Shown: piece after piece, positions 29,351 to 38,788 of the stretch
Numbering within the stretch: the first letter of the stretch is position 1
How the letters are laid out: every line of letters starts with the position of its first letter
Source: a candidate division CPR3 bacterium GWF2_35_18
GTDB taxonomy: Bacteria > Patescibacteriota > CPR3 > GWF2-35-18
DNA length: 47,748 bases
Assembly: GCA_001771135.1 (NCBI GenBank)
Contig: MESW01000010.1
Span: 1 to 47,748 of the forward strand
Direction: 5' to 3'
Notes under the pieces: generated by a model
The model's database searches: none
Told to the model about the DNA's origin: nothing
Seen by the model: the letters and a program-made list of their open reading frames with translations, nothing else
Program-made: the position numbers and the translations under genes

Positions 29351-29734
29351 ATGCCTGGGAAGAAAATACTAATTATTTTAATCTTTATATTACTATTTGG
29401 GGGATTATACTATTTCCGTGAAAAAATATATGTTACATATGTGGATGTAATTTTAGATAACAGATACCATGGGGTTGCTTGTGAGAATTTGCCAAGCTTG
29501 AGTGATGTAGATAAGGTCTTAAGGAATAAGGAAAACCTTGTTAATAGAATAAAAAGTATCCGACCGGATGAAGATGAGAATCATTCTTACATTTCAGTTG
29601 ATGTAAATGAACCGTGTGCCAACAAAGGTGAAATAATGATTCGGTATCCCTCTCATGATGATCGAGTAAAAATTGAGATAATCTTAAAAGATGATTCTTT
29701 TGACGGAATCCCGTATAATTTAATTAATAATTAA
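29351..29734 (+). CDS. Small N-terminally anchored exported hypothetical protein
   Basis: MPGKK plus hydrophobic helix, small domain with two Cys; ATG at 29351 preferred over the TTG at 29330. Confidence 0.7.
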   Translation: MPGKKILIILIFILLFGGLYYFREKIYVTYVDVILDNRYHGVACENLPSLSDVDKVLRNKENLVNRIKSIRPDEDENHSYISVDVNEPCANKGEIMIRYPSHDDRVKIEIILKDDSFDGIPYNLINN

Positions 29735-29744
29735 CTCATAATTT

Positions 29745-32039
29745 ATGTCAAGAAAAAGAAGAGGTCGGCCAAAAAGTTATAGGAAGCACAAAAGTCGTTC
29801 CCGTGGCTCGGCTTTTAAAATAAAACTAAAAAGTAGTAGCATTCGTTCTATTTCGAGTGTTCTACTACTTAGTGCTGCACTTTTGACTTTACTTTCATAT
29901 GTTGGTCAATCTATCGGTCCGGATAACATTCTACAGGATCTTTTAAACCGTTATTTTGGTCTGGGAGCAATTTTTATCCCCTTAATTTTAACTATTTTTG
30001 GTCTCTATTTAACCGGAGTGAAGTGGGGATTTTCCCGGGCGAATGTTTGGGTCGGTCTTACCATTTTCCAAATTGCTTTTATTTCTCTAATTTCTCTCTT
30101 CCAAAATGCTACCGAAATAAAAGACGGAGGAATAATCGGACAATTTGTAGCTTCAAAATTAAGCACAGTATTTTCGAATCTGGGAGCTATTATCCTAATT
30201 TCAACCGTGCTTTTTGTTTCTTTACTGATTACTTTAGATGCCTCTTTAACGGAAACTTTGAATATGATCGGAAATACTTTAGTAGGGTTTTTTAAAGTGA
30301 TCAAAGAAATTTTCACGCATTTATTTAATAAAGAACAACAAATTTCTTTAAAAGACATCAAAGCCAGTAATGAAAACACATCAAAATCGTTACCACAGGT
30401 AGAGGAAAATTTAGCTACTGATAAAGATAAAAAAGAGATGAAAGTTATTGATCCTTCTCTTCGTCAGGTAACAGATTCAAATCAAGCATCGATGAAAAAA
30501 GAAAAAGAGAAAACGGAAAATCTAGATGGGCTCAAAGAAGAAACTGTTTTTGCCAATCTTCCGGTTTCCGATAAGGTTTGGGAATATCCTCCTTTGTCTC
30601 TGCTTTCAGATAAGCCTCCGGTTCCTGCTGATCGTGGAGATATTAAACAGAATGCACATAAAATAGAAAAAGCTTTAGATTCTTTTGGAATCAGGGCAAA
30701 AGTAATTGAAGTTAACTGTGGTCCATCAGTAACACAGTATGCTTTGGAGCTTACAGAAGGAACAAAAATTGCCAAAGTTACCGCGCTTGCCAATGATTTA
30801 GCCCTAGCCCTGGCAGCGCCAACAGGAACGGTCAGAATTGAGGCTCCGATTCCGGGACGATCTTTGGTAGGAATTGAAGTTCCAAACTATTCGCCGACAT
30901 TGGTAACGCTAAAAAATACTTTGCAATCAGAATCATTCAAGAAAAATAAATCAAAGCTTTCTGTTATTTTGGGGCACAATGTTTCCGGTCAGACAGTTTT
31001 TGATGATTTGAGTAAAATGCCTCATATACTTATTGCCGGAGCAACTGGAAGTGGAAAAACGGTGTGTTTAAATTCTTTCCTTGCGGCATTACTCTTCCAA
31101 AATGCGCCTCATGAACTGAAATTTATTATGGTCGATCCCAAAAGAGTAGAGATGGTTCAATATAATGGAATTCCCCATTTACTGACTCCAGTTATTACCG
31201 AAGCCGATAAAGTACTTTCGGCTATGAAATGGTCGGTAGCGGAAATGGAACGGAGATACAAACTTTTCCAAAAAGCGAGAGTGAGAAATATTATTGCCTA
31301 TAACGAACTCTCTGGTTTTCAGGCTATTCCCAACATTGTTGTTGTTGTTGATGAGATGGCTGATTTAATGATGTATGCTCCGAAAGACTTTGAAGGAACA
31401 ATTTGTCGTTTAGCTCAAATGTCACGGGCTACCGGTATTCATCTTATATTAGCGACACAAAGACCATCAGTTGACGTTATCACCGGACTTATCAAAGCAA
31501 ATATTCCTTGCCGTGTGGCTTTTAATGTGACTTCTTCAGTTGATTCTCGTGTAATTCTTGATCAACCTGGAGCCGAAAAGCTGCTTGGTCGAGGAGATAT
31601 GCTTTATCTTCCTCCAGACAAAGCAAAACCGCAACGAATACAGGGAGTTTATGTTGCCGATGAAGAGCTGAAAGCGCTTCAGGATTTTCTCAAAGAAAAA
31701 GGAGCCGATCAAGTCGAATATCATGAAGAGGTAACAGAATTTGCTCCTCAAAAAGCTCCGGGCAGTATTGAAGGTGTGGAACCTGAGGATGATCTTTTTG
31801 AAGAAGCGGTAAATATTGTTTGTTCTCATCAAAAAGCTTCAGCGTCATTACTCCAAAGACGTTTGCGAGTAGGTTATGCCAGAGCAGCACGACTTCTTGA
31901 TCAGCTCCAACAACGTGGAGTTGTTAGTGAAGCGGATGGAGCAAAACCACGGAATATTTTAATCAGTAGTCCGGAAGAATTTTTTGGTTCTCAAAAAGAA
32001 GCACAGGAAGAACAGCCCATTACGGAGGCAGATCAATGA
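29745..32039 (+). CDS. ftsK: DNA translocase FtsK/SpoIIIE
   Basis: N-terminal 4TM, PHILIAGATGSGKT, DPKRVE, ATQRPSVDV, gamma domain LQRRLRVGYARAARL. Confidence 0.98.
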   Translation: MSRKRRGRPKSYRKHKSRSRGSAFKIKLKSSSIRSISSVLLLSAALLTLLSYVGQSIGPDNILQDLLNRYFGLGAIFIPLILTIFGLYLTGVKWGFSRANVWVGLTIFQIAFISLISLFQNATEIKDGGIIGQFVASKLSTVFSNLGAIILISTVLFVSLLITLDASLTETLNMIGNTLVGFFKVIKEIFTHLFNKEQQISLKDIKASNENTSKSLPQVEENLATDKDKKEMKVIDPSLRQVTDSNQASMKKEKEKTENLDGLKEETVFANLPVSDKVWEYPPLSLLSDKPPVPADRGDIKQNAHKIEKALDSFGIRAKVIEVNCGPSVTQYALELTEGTKIAKVTALANDLALALAAPTGTVRIEAPIPGRSLVGIEVPNYSPTLVTLKNTLQSESFKKNKSKLSVILGHNVSGQTVFDDLSKMPHILIAGATGSGKTVCLNSFLAALLFQNAPHELKFIMVDPKRVEMVQYNGIPHLLTPVITEADKVLSAMKWSVAEMERRYKLFQKARVRNIIAYNELSGFQAIPNIVVVVDEMADLMMYAPKDFEGTICRLAQMSRATGIHLILATQRPSVDVITGLIKANIPCRVAFNVTSSVDSRVILDQPGAEKLLGRGDMLYLPPDKAKPQRIQGVYVADEELKALQDFLKEKGADQVEYHEEVTEFAPQKAPGSIEGVEPEDDLFEEAVNIVCSHQKASASLLQRRLRVGYARAARLLDQLQQRGVVSEADGAKPRNILISSPEEFFGSQKEAQEEQPITEADQ

Positions 32040-32977
32040 GAACTGTGGGTGAGCTTCTCAAAAAAAACCGTGAGAGTCGCAACTTTTCACTAAGCGATGT
32101 TTCCAAATTAACCAAAATTAGGATTAATTATCTAAAAGCGATTGAAGAGTCAGATTATGAAGTTTTGCCTGCTCCAGTTTTTACCCGTGGTTTTATTAAA
32201 AACTATGCCGAGTTTTTAGGTCTTGATGTTCAGGAAGTCTTAGCATTTTTTAGACGTGAATTTGATGAAAGAAAAGCAAAGAAAAAACCTAGTCTTAAAC
32301 CTCCTCAGCCAATTCGAAAAACTTTAGAGATTTTTACTCCATCTAATTTTATTATTACGATTGTGAGTATTTTGGTGATCGGATTTTTGGGATATTTATA
32401 CATTCAGTATCGTTCTTATTCAAAATCTCCAGAGCTATTTATTAGCAAACCAACCGATAGAGTACAACAAACTTTGTCATATACAGAAGTCGTTGGAAAA
32501 ACTGATGAAGACGCAATTGTGAAAGTAAATGGACAAACAATTCGTTCTGCTGGAAATGGAAATTTTTCCGTGACTGTTGATCTATCTGAAGGCGAAAATA
32601 AGATTCAGATTTCGGCTGTAAATCCTTTAGGAAAGGAAACTGTTGAGACAAGGACGGTTTACTATCTGGTTGAGCAAGAAGTAGCTAATAATGAAAACCA
32701 GGAAGATAACATTAACAATGAAGTAGAAACAATTGAAGGTGTTGAGATTGAAGTTTCTGTTGGTCCTAATGCCGCTTGGATCAAAGTTACCACAGATGAG
32801 GTTGATTCTTTTGAAGGGATTTTGAATCCTGGAGTTACGAGACTCTTTACAGCGCACGAAAGCATTAGACTTCGAACTGGTAACGGGGGTTCTACAAAAA
32901 TTAAGGTTAATGGTGTTGATCAAGGATTAATGGGAACAGAGGGAATGCCGGTTGAGAAAGAGTATAAAAAAGAATAA
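32036..32977 (+). CDS. rodZ: RodZ-like protein (XRE HTH, TM, Ig-like domain, DUF4115)
   Basis: GELLK..RE, YLKAIEE, RGFIKNYAEFLGLD; TM; C-term WIKV..D...GN.G....VNG; overlaps the ftsK stop (ATGA). Confidence 0.85.
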   Translation: MRTVGELLKKNRESRNFSLSDVSKLTKIRINYLKAIEESDYEVLPAPVFTRGFIKNYAEFLGLDVQEVLAFFRREFDERKAKKKPSLKPPQPIRKTLEIFTPSNFIITIVSILVIGFLGYLYIQYRSYSKSPELFISKPTDRVQQTLSYTEVVGKTDEDAIVKVNGQTIRSAGNGNFSVTVDLSEGENKIQISAVNPLGKETVETRTVYYLVEQEVANNENQEDNINNEVETIEGVEIEVSVGPNAAWIKVTTDEVDSFEGILNPGVTRLFTAHESIRLRTGNGGSTKIKVNGVDQGLMGTEGMPVEKEYKKE

Positions 32978-32988
32978 ATAAAAAGGTA

Positions 32989-33882
32989 ATGAAAGCAAAA
33001 CGCCATTTTATAAAAGTAGATGGACATGAATGGGCATATTTGCGTTATGGTAGTGGTAAACCGTTCATGCTGGTGCATGGATTCTTCAATTACGCCAATT
33101 TTTTTAACGAACTAGGGGATAATCTTTTTTCTGATTTTGAACTTATCATTCCCGATTTACCGGCTTTTGGTAATACAAAGCCGTTAAAAGAAGGAAATAT
33201 TTATCAAAATATTGCCAAAGAGTTAGTTAATTTCACCAAAGAATTAGGTTTCGAAAAGATGAGCTATTTTGGCAACTCTTTAGGAGCAACTGTACTTTTA
33301 GAGATGTCTTTCAAAAATCCGGACATTATCGATCATCTTATTATAAATAGTCCTTGGTGGAGAAAAAGAGGTGTTACTATAGGAAAGTTGGAAGAGTTGG
33401 AATACAAATTAACAAATCTGTCTCCAGATTTACTTAAATTACTTCAAAATCAAAACACCATGAGATCACTACTAAAAATATTAACCAATTGGAATCCAAA
33501 GCTAGCTGAAGTTTTTGGGAAAAACGAAGAGATGATTCTAGATTCGATGGTGAGTTTAGATGTTAAAGGTTGTGTAGAATTGTTTCATTCATTACGAAAC
33601 GTTGAGCTAGATAGCAAAATTAAAAAAGCGAAATTCCCCTTAATGATTGTGGCTGGAGAAAAGGATAAAGTGATTCCTCTAAAAGAAAATATTACTTTGG
33701 CTAAAAAGATAAGGCCATTACTTATTGTGGTGATGAAAAAAGAAGGACATGAACTTATCTTAAGCGGAGCTAAAAAACTGGCGAAACTAATAAAGTATTT
33801 TATTTATGAACGTCCTGAAAAAGTATATACAAAATTTCATAAAGACAAAGATTTTGAGTGGGTTTTTGGAATTAAAAAATAA
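32989..33882 (+). CDS. Alpha/beta hydrolase
   Basis: LVHG, PDLPAFG, GNSLG nucleophile, GEKD, GH. Confidence 0.9.
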   Translation: MKAKRHFIKVDGHEWAYLRYGSGKPFMLVHGFFNYANFFNELGDNLFSDFELIIPDLPAFGNTKPLKEGNIYQNIAKELVNFTKELGFEKMSYFGNSLGATVLLEMSFKNPDIIDHLIINSPWWRKRGVTIGKLEELEYKLTNLSPDLLKLLQNQNTMRSLLKILTNWNPKLAEVFGKNEEMILDSMVSLDVKGCVELFHSLRNVELDSKIKKAKFPLMIVAGEKDKVIPLKENITLAKKIRPLLIVVMKKEGHELILSGAKKLAKLIKYFIYERPEKVYTKFHKDKDFEWVFGIKK

Positions 33883-33888
33883 AAAAAT

Positions 33889-33917
33889 TTGACCAGTTTA
33901 AAAAGAAACATTACAAT
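33889..33917 (+). promoter_or_regulatory. sigma70 promoter of the glmS leader
   Basis: TTGACC-17nt-TACAAT. Confidence 0.7.
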
Positions 33918-33959
33918 TAATTAAATTTTAATTATAAAAGGAGGACGTTAAGAGTAAAA

Positions 33960-34185
33960 AAAATCGAGCGTGTGGCCCGCTCAGAGATTTTGCTAAGCAA
34001 AAATCTTGAGCGGGATACGAGGAAGAGGGGGTCGATATCGTATCGGCCAATCGGACCGTTTCTTATTAAAAATAGGAGCGAGTATCAGCGGAAACCCTCT
34101 GGGTGTGCGAACATCCAAGAAAAGATTAAAATCAAAAACAGCTAGTAATAACTGACATTCAAAGTTTTAATCTACTTCGTTCTTG
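33960..34185 (+). ncRNA. glmS riboswitch-ribozyme (variant)
   Basis: AGCG cleavage-site motif (33967); P1 CCCGCTCA/TGAGCGGG; ACGAGG; P2 AGAGGG/CCCTCT; ATCG; ATCAGCGG; P3 GGGTGT/ACATCC; P4 AGATTAAAAT/GTTTTAATCT; P4.1 with GTAA GNRA loop; P3.1 GCGAA/TTCGT; lies upstream of glmS. Confidence 0.88.
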
Positions 34186-34265
34186 CTAAAAACTCAGGCA
34201 AATTCTCATTTGTATTTATTTTAACTTAACTTTAGGAGATCAAATTAAGATTTGATTATATTTAT

Positions 34266-36020
34266 ATGTGTGGAATTGTAAGTTATGTTGGTAACAAAGA
34301 TAATGCGGTAGAAATTGTTTTTGAAGGTCTAAAAAAACTTGAATATCGTGGTTATGATTCTTGGGGAGTTTTTGCTCCTGGGAAACCGAATTTTATTTTA
34401 AAAAAAGTGGGAAAGATTAGTGACTACGAAGAAAGTAACTGGCCAAAAGGAAGTATTGCTTTTGGGCATACGAGATGGGCTACACATGGAGGAATTACAG
34501 AGGTAAATACTCATCCTCACTACTCAGCTCACCATAAAGTAATTATTGCTCAAAATGGAGTTATGGAAAATTATTCCGAGGTTAAAAAAGAGCTTCAAAA
34601 AAAAGGATATAAGTTTATAACCGGTACGGATACCGAAGTGATAGCCAATCTTTTTGAGATGTATTTAAAAACGCAAAAAGATCTCAAACAAGCGGCCAAG
34701 TCTGTCTTTGACAAAATTGAGGGAAGAAATGCGGTAGTTGTTTATGATCTGGAATCTCGGAAATTACTTGGTTTTCGTAACGGGAGTCCGATGGTTTTAG
34801 GTGTTTCTAAAGAGGAACTTTTTCTAGCTTCGGATGTAGCTCCTTTTATAGATACCACTCAACAGGTTGTTTTTTTGAATGATGGAGAAGCTGTTCTTAT
34901 TGAAGACGGTAAGTATGAAATTATTGATCTTACAAGTTTAAAAACCGTACATCGAACAGAAACTGTTTTAGAGATAAGTAGTATTGCCAATGAAAAAGGA
35001 GATAAAAATTCATTCCTAGAAAAAGAGATTTTTGAACAGCAATTTATTTTCAAGGAAACTTTGAAACAAGATGAAAAAAAAGTCACTCAAATCGCGACGG
35101 TAATTAAAAACGCCACAATGGTTTATTGTATTGGAGCTGGAACTGCTTATCAGGTTTCATTTTGGGGTGCCGGAGTTTTGCAGAAAATCGGAGGAAAACA
35201 GGCTTTCCCAATGATCGCTTCCGAATTTGTTTCGCAAAAAGATTTCTTACAAAAGCAAGACGTTTTAATTATTGTGAGTCAGAGCGGAGAAACAGCCGAT
35301 ACTCTAGAAGCAATAAATGCAGCCAAAGAAAAAGGTTTGAAAATTATTTCGTTTGTGAATGTTGAAAGCTCTACAATCTGTCGTCAGTCAGATTATGTTC
35401 TGCTGCATAGAGTGGGAATTGAGAAGGCTGTGGCTTCAACAAAGGCAGCTCTTGCGCCGATGTTTTTGTACTATCTTGTTGCCGAAAAAATGGCTAAAGT
35501 CAAAAATAATCTTTCGAAGGTAACATCTTTATTATCAAAATATGTAAATAAAGATCTAGAGCAAAAAGCTCGAAATTTAGCTCGGCAAATTTACATTAAA
35601 GAAAATATGTATTTAATTGGTAGAGGAATGAGCTATCCAATTGCCAGAGAAGGTAGTATTAAGATTCAAGAGTTATCAAATATTCATGCTGAAGGGATTG
35701 CGGGAGGAGAATTAAAACATTATGCAATCTCTTTGATTGAAGAAGGTATACCTTGTTTTGTCATTGTTGGTGAAGATGAGGAGCGTAAGCATATCCTTTC
35801 TAATGCTATGGAAGTCAAAGCACGTGGAGGATTAATTATTGGTTTTGATGATCAAAAAAATGACGTTTTTGATCACTATTTTCCGTTACCGAGTTTAGGA
35901 ATATTGAAAGGAATTTTTGCCTTAATTCCACTGCAGATGATAGCTTATCATTTAGCTTTATTCCGCGGTTGCGATCCTGATTATTGTCGGAATTTAGCCA
36001 AAAGCGTCACGGTAATTTAA
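34266..36020 (+). CDS. glmS: Glutamine--fructose-6-phosphate aminotransferase
   Basis: MCGI, LEYRGYDS, GHTRWATHG, TDTE, SQSGETAD, VASTK, GELKH, RNLAKSVTV. Confidence 0.97.
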   Translation: MCGIVSYVGNKDNAVEIVFEGLKKLEYRGYDSWGVFAPGKPNFILKKVGKISDYEESNWPKGSIAFGHTRWATHGGITEVNTHPHYSAHHKVIIAQNGVMENYSEVKKELQKKGYKFITGTDTEVIANLFEMYLKTQKDLKQAAKSVFDKIEGRNAVVVYDLESRKLLGFRNGSPMVLGVSKEELFLASDVAPFIDTTQQVVFLNDGEAVLIEDGKYEIIDLTSLKTVHRTETVLEISSIANEKGDKNSFLEKEIFEQQFIFKETLKQDEKKVTQIATVIKNATMVYCIGAGTAYQVSFWGAGVLQKIGGKQAFPMIASEFVSQKDFLQKQDVLIIVSQSGETADTLEAINAAKEKGLKIISFVNVESSTICRQSDYVLLHRVGIEKAVASTKAALAPMFLYYLVAEKMAKVKNNLSKVTSLLSKYVNKDLEQKARNLARQIYIKENMYLIGRGMSYPIAREGSIKIQELSNIHAEGIAGGELKHYAISLIEEGIPCFVIVGEDEERKHILSNAMEVKARGGLIIGFDDQKNDVFDHYFPLPSLGILKGIFALIPLQMIAYHLALFRGCDPDYCRNLAKSVTVI

Positions 36021-36033
36021 ACAGATAATATAT

Positions 36034-36070
36034 AGCTAGAAGATAGTTTGCATGAAATGATTTTCTAGCT
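36034..36070. terminator. Hairpin between the convergent glmS and hypothetical gene
   Basis: AGCTAGAAGAT/ATTTTCTAGCT 11-bp stem with a 15-nt loop. Confidence 0.3.
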
Positions 36071-37156
36071 TATAAGTGTTTTTAGTTCTTTTCCGGGTAA
36101 TCCTATTTTTTTCAAGCGTATTACAGCGGCATGATGAATGATATTATCGGGAGGAATATTTTTTAGACAGGTAATGAGTTTTTTAGAAAAAAGAGTGTAT
36201 TCTCCAGTTAATCTTTCTAGGGCATATAAGATTGCTTCTATGGTTAATTCTTTTTCAGCTTCTTCATATGCTTTTTCAATTTTTTTATAATCGATAGGAT
36301 GATTTATCTCTTTTTTAGATTCTAATTGATGGAGAGAATCATTCATTTTTTGCATGTAAGAGTTAAAGGAAAGAATTTTTTGATCAAGATCCTTATTAGT
36401 TTTTACATTTTTCTTTAAATAGTTTGAGAATAACCAGGTGAAACTAATAACAACATCTTCCGGAAATTCTGAAAAAGGAAGAATATCATTTATGTCTCCA
36501 TATCTTCCGGCAAGTAAAATCATCTCGGCGATCTTTTCCGGTTTTTGGATTATTTTTTCAATTTCTTTAATCTCTTTTGTTTTAATTTTCTCAGAATCTC
36601 CATTTAAAAAATAAAGTAGCTCTTTTGATCTTTGAATTTGGTGTTTGGCTTCATCGTTAAGATTTCTTTTTGCAATTACAGTTTCCTTTTCGGTCACTTT
36701 TTCATAACCACCATAGATGATTCGGATCGATTGCAGATTTAGCTTACGAATTTCATTCTTAATAGCTTCAGGATCATTTAATCGATCGATTATCATAAAT
36801 ATTGAGCTAAAAAGAGTGAGAATTTCTTGTTCCTTAACGTTTGGGAAAAACTCAATACTACTGAATCTAAATTTTATGAAATAACCAAACAGTTTTTGGA
36901 GACTTCCAGAATCGGGAGAAAAAGATTTATTGTTTACAATCAGCATTCCTTTTTTTTCTTCAATGAATAATGTTTTTTGAGTTTTTGTATACTCATGAAG
37001 CATCGAGAGAAAATCAGTGATACATTTTTCAATGACCGGATGTTCTGTTTGTGAGCCTTTTCGATAAAGAGAAATAGTATTAATAATTAAAGATACTTGT
37101 TGGAGAATATTGAATTCTAAAGGTTTATGATCAAGAATAAAAGTATTTTGGGTCAT
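36065..37156 (-). CDS. Helical hypothetical protein; N-terminus resembles the accessory domain of deltaproteobacterial HD-GYP/HEAT proteins
   Basis: ISLY....EHPVI and FSSIEFFPNVKEQEILTLF patterns recognised by eye; no catalytic motif. Confidence 0.65.
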   Translation of the reverse strand: MTQNTFILDHKPLEFNILQQVSLIINTISLYRKGSQTEHPVIEKCITDFLSMLHEYTKTQKTLFIEEKKGMLIVNNKSFSPDSGSLQKLFGYFIKFRFSSIEFFPNVKEQEILTLFSSIFMIIDRLNDPEAIKNEIRKLNLQSIRIIYGGYEKVTEKETVIAKRNLNDEAKHQIQRSKELLYFLNGDSEKIKTKEIKEIEKIIQKPEKIAEMILLAGRYGDINDILPFSEFPEDVVISFTWLFSNYLKKNVKTNKDLDQKILSFNSYMQKMNDSLHQLESKKEINHPIDYKKIEKAYEEAEKELTIEAILYALERLTGEYTLFSKKLITCLKNIPPDNIIHHAAVIRLKKIGLPGKELKTLIS

Positions 37157-37178
37157 ATAAATTCCTTTCGAAATTGAT

Positions 37179-37703
37179 TTACCATTTGATTAAATACTCA
37201 AAATTTTCCGGAGAAATTGTACGAGAATCGATTTGTGGTACAACACCGAAATATTCAAAAGCCGCAAGCCATATTCCTTGGTAATGTTTAATATGGTAAG
37301 GATTGTTTTTCGTCCTAATTTTGATAGTATGGGAGTCTAATTCCTGAACGGTAATTTCAAATCCAGAAGTGACGGTGGAAAGCATCTTACCGAGATTACT
37401 GATTCCTTTATATAGATTATTTCCAATCAGTGAAAACATTGTTTTTCCAATGACGCTTTTGGTATAGGTTTGGAATGCTAATTTCCCTAGGTTTATATAC
37501 GCTTCATCATTAGCGGTTCCGTAGAGAATTTCACAAGAGGCTTTGGCAAATTTCACATCAAGTTCCATGGGATAATCTTTAAAAGCAAAAAAATCGACTT
37601 GACCAACTTTTTCCTTTAGTTTCTGAATTCCAGGTTCGCCTTTTTCTTTTTTAATTATGTTCACGATATTCTTAAGGAATAGGCCTTTTGTTTTTCTTTC
37701 CAT
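37179..37703 (-). CDS. DUF2378/TIGR02265-like protein
   Basis: KGLF, FFAFKDYP, LG..AF..Y..S.IGK, YQG.W..AFE, YLIKW pattern of the myxobacterial family. Confidence 0.7.
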   Translation of the reverse strand: MERKTKGLFLKNIVNIIKKEKGEPGIQKLKEKVGQVDFFAFKDYPMELDVKFAKASCEILYGTANDEAYINLGKLAFQTYTKSVIGKTMFSLIGNNLYKGISNLGKMLSTVTSGFEITVQELDSHTIKIRTKNNPYHIKHYQGIWLAAFEYFGVVPQIDSRTISPENFEYLIKW

Positions 37704-37744
37704 GAATTAATTATATACTTTTTTGATTTTATAGGAAAATACCC

Positions 37745-37772
37745 TTGACCGAAATTATAATTTTGGTAAAAT
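37745..37772 (+). promoter_or_regulatory. sigma70 promoter for the ytxG/ytxH-like pair
   Basis: TTGACC-16nt-TAAAAT with an extended TG. Confidence 0.55.
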
Positions 37773-37800
37773 AAGAACATAGTTTAAATAAATACTGCCC

Positions 37801-38169
37801 ATGTCTTCACTTACAGAAATCCTTCTTATTATTGTAGTTACTACTCTAACTCTCACCCTTACTATTATAGGTGTTCAGCTTTTCCTGATATTAAGAGATG
37901 TTCGTGAAAGAATTATCAAGCTTGATCCAATTTTAGATAATGTTGTTGTTGAACAGGAACATCTAAACGAGATTTTAGTTTCTGCCAAAGATTCTTCAAA
38001 AAGAATAAACGAAACCACCAGCTATCTTTCTGATGAAGTAATTCATCCGATTGGGAATATTTTGTCGGCTGTAAAAGGAATAAGTCAGCTTATTGAGCCA
38101 TTTCGCGCGCGTCGTCAAACGCGTCGAGATTCTTTAGAAGAAGATTACGATGAAGATGAAAGGATTTAA
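37801..38169 (+). CDS. DUF948/YtxG-like membrane-anchored coiled-coil protein
   Basis: N-terminal TM then amphipathic helices; precedes a YtxH-like gene. Confidence 0.65.
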   Translation: MSSLTEILLIIVVTTLTLTLTIIGVQLFLILRDVRERIIKLDPILDNVVVEQEHLNEILVSAKDSSKRINETTSYLSDEVIHPIGNILSAVKGISQLIEPFRARRQTRRDSLEEDYDEDERI

Positions 38170-38172
38170 TTT

Positions 38173-38694
38173 ATGAGTCATCAAGAATCATCACTAAGTG
38201 GTTTTATTAAAGGAATTGTACTTGGAGGGCTTATCGGAGCCGGTGTTGCAGCCTTACTTACTCCTCAAACAGGAGAAGAGACCCGAAAAATGCTGAAGAA
38301 AAAAAGTAAGGATATGGAGAAAAAAGCCCGTCGTTTTGTGGAAGATGTGTCAGAGAATTTAGAAGAGAACAAAGAAGATTTACAAAAAGATCTCCAAAAG
38401 AAAATAAATGCGGTTTCTTCCGTGATCGAAAAGAAAGCGGATAATATTAATGCTTTTCTAGATGACAAAAATGTTCAGCACGCTGTGACTTCAACCAAAA
38501 AATCTTTAGATGAGAGTCGTAAAGCTCTGGAAGATCTATGGAGTCGAAGACTGAGTCGAGTAAAGGAAGAAGAACCTCGTAAAAAAGAAGCTTCAGTAAA
38601 GAACACTAAAGATAGTAGTGAGGTGGAATTGGCTCGCAAAATTCTATCTCGTGCTTCAGGTAGAAGTTTCTATAAAAAATCTTCACGAAGATAA
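38173..38694 (+). CDS. YtxH-domain protein
   Basis: GFIKGIVLGGLIGAGVAALLTPQTGEETRKML signature. Confidence 0.85.
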   Translation: MSHQESSLSGFIKGIVLGGLIGAGVAALLTPQTGEETRKMLKKKSKDMEKKARRFVEDVSENLEENKEDLQKDLQKKINAVSSVIEKKADNINAFLDDKNVQHAVTSTKKSLDESRKALEDLWSRRLSRVKEEEPRKKEASVKNTKDSSEVELARKILSRASGRSFYKKSSRR

Positions 38695-38753
38695 ATAAGC
38701 CTATCAGTAAAATTCTAATTTTTTCAGCCTTTTAGTTTTTACGTAAATTTTTA

Positions 38754-38782
38754 TTGTTTTTTCCCTTATCTTATTCTAAAAT
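38754..38782 (+). promoter_or_regulatory. Leaderless-type promoter of alaS
   Basis: TTGTTT-17nt-TAAAAT-6nt-ATG; no SD. Confidence 0.6.
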
Positions 38783-38788
38783 CAGATC

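Noticed and set aside
33938-33944. Strong SD AAGGAGG in the glmS leader implying a leader peptide
   Set aside because: No ATG/GTG/TTG at suitable spacing downstream.
38695-38788. T-box leader upstream of alaS
   Set aside because: The spacer is only 94 nt, lacks the T-box motif, and a promoter directly abuts the ATG.
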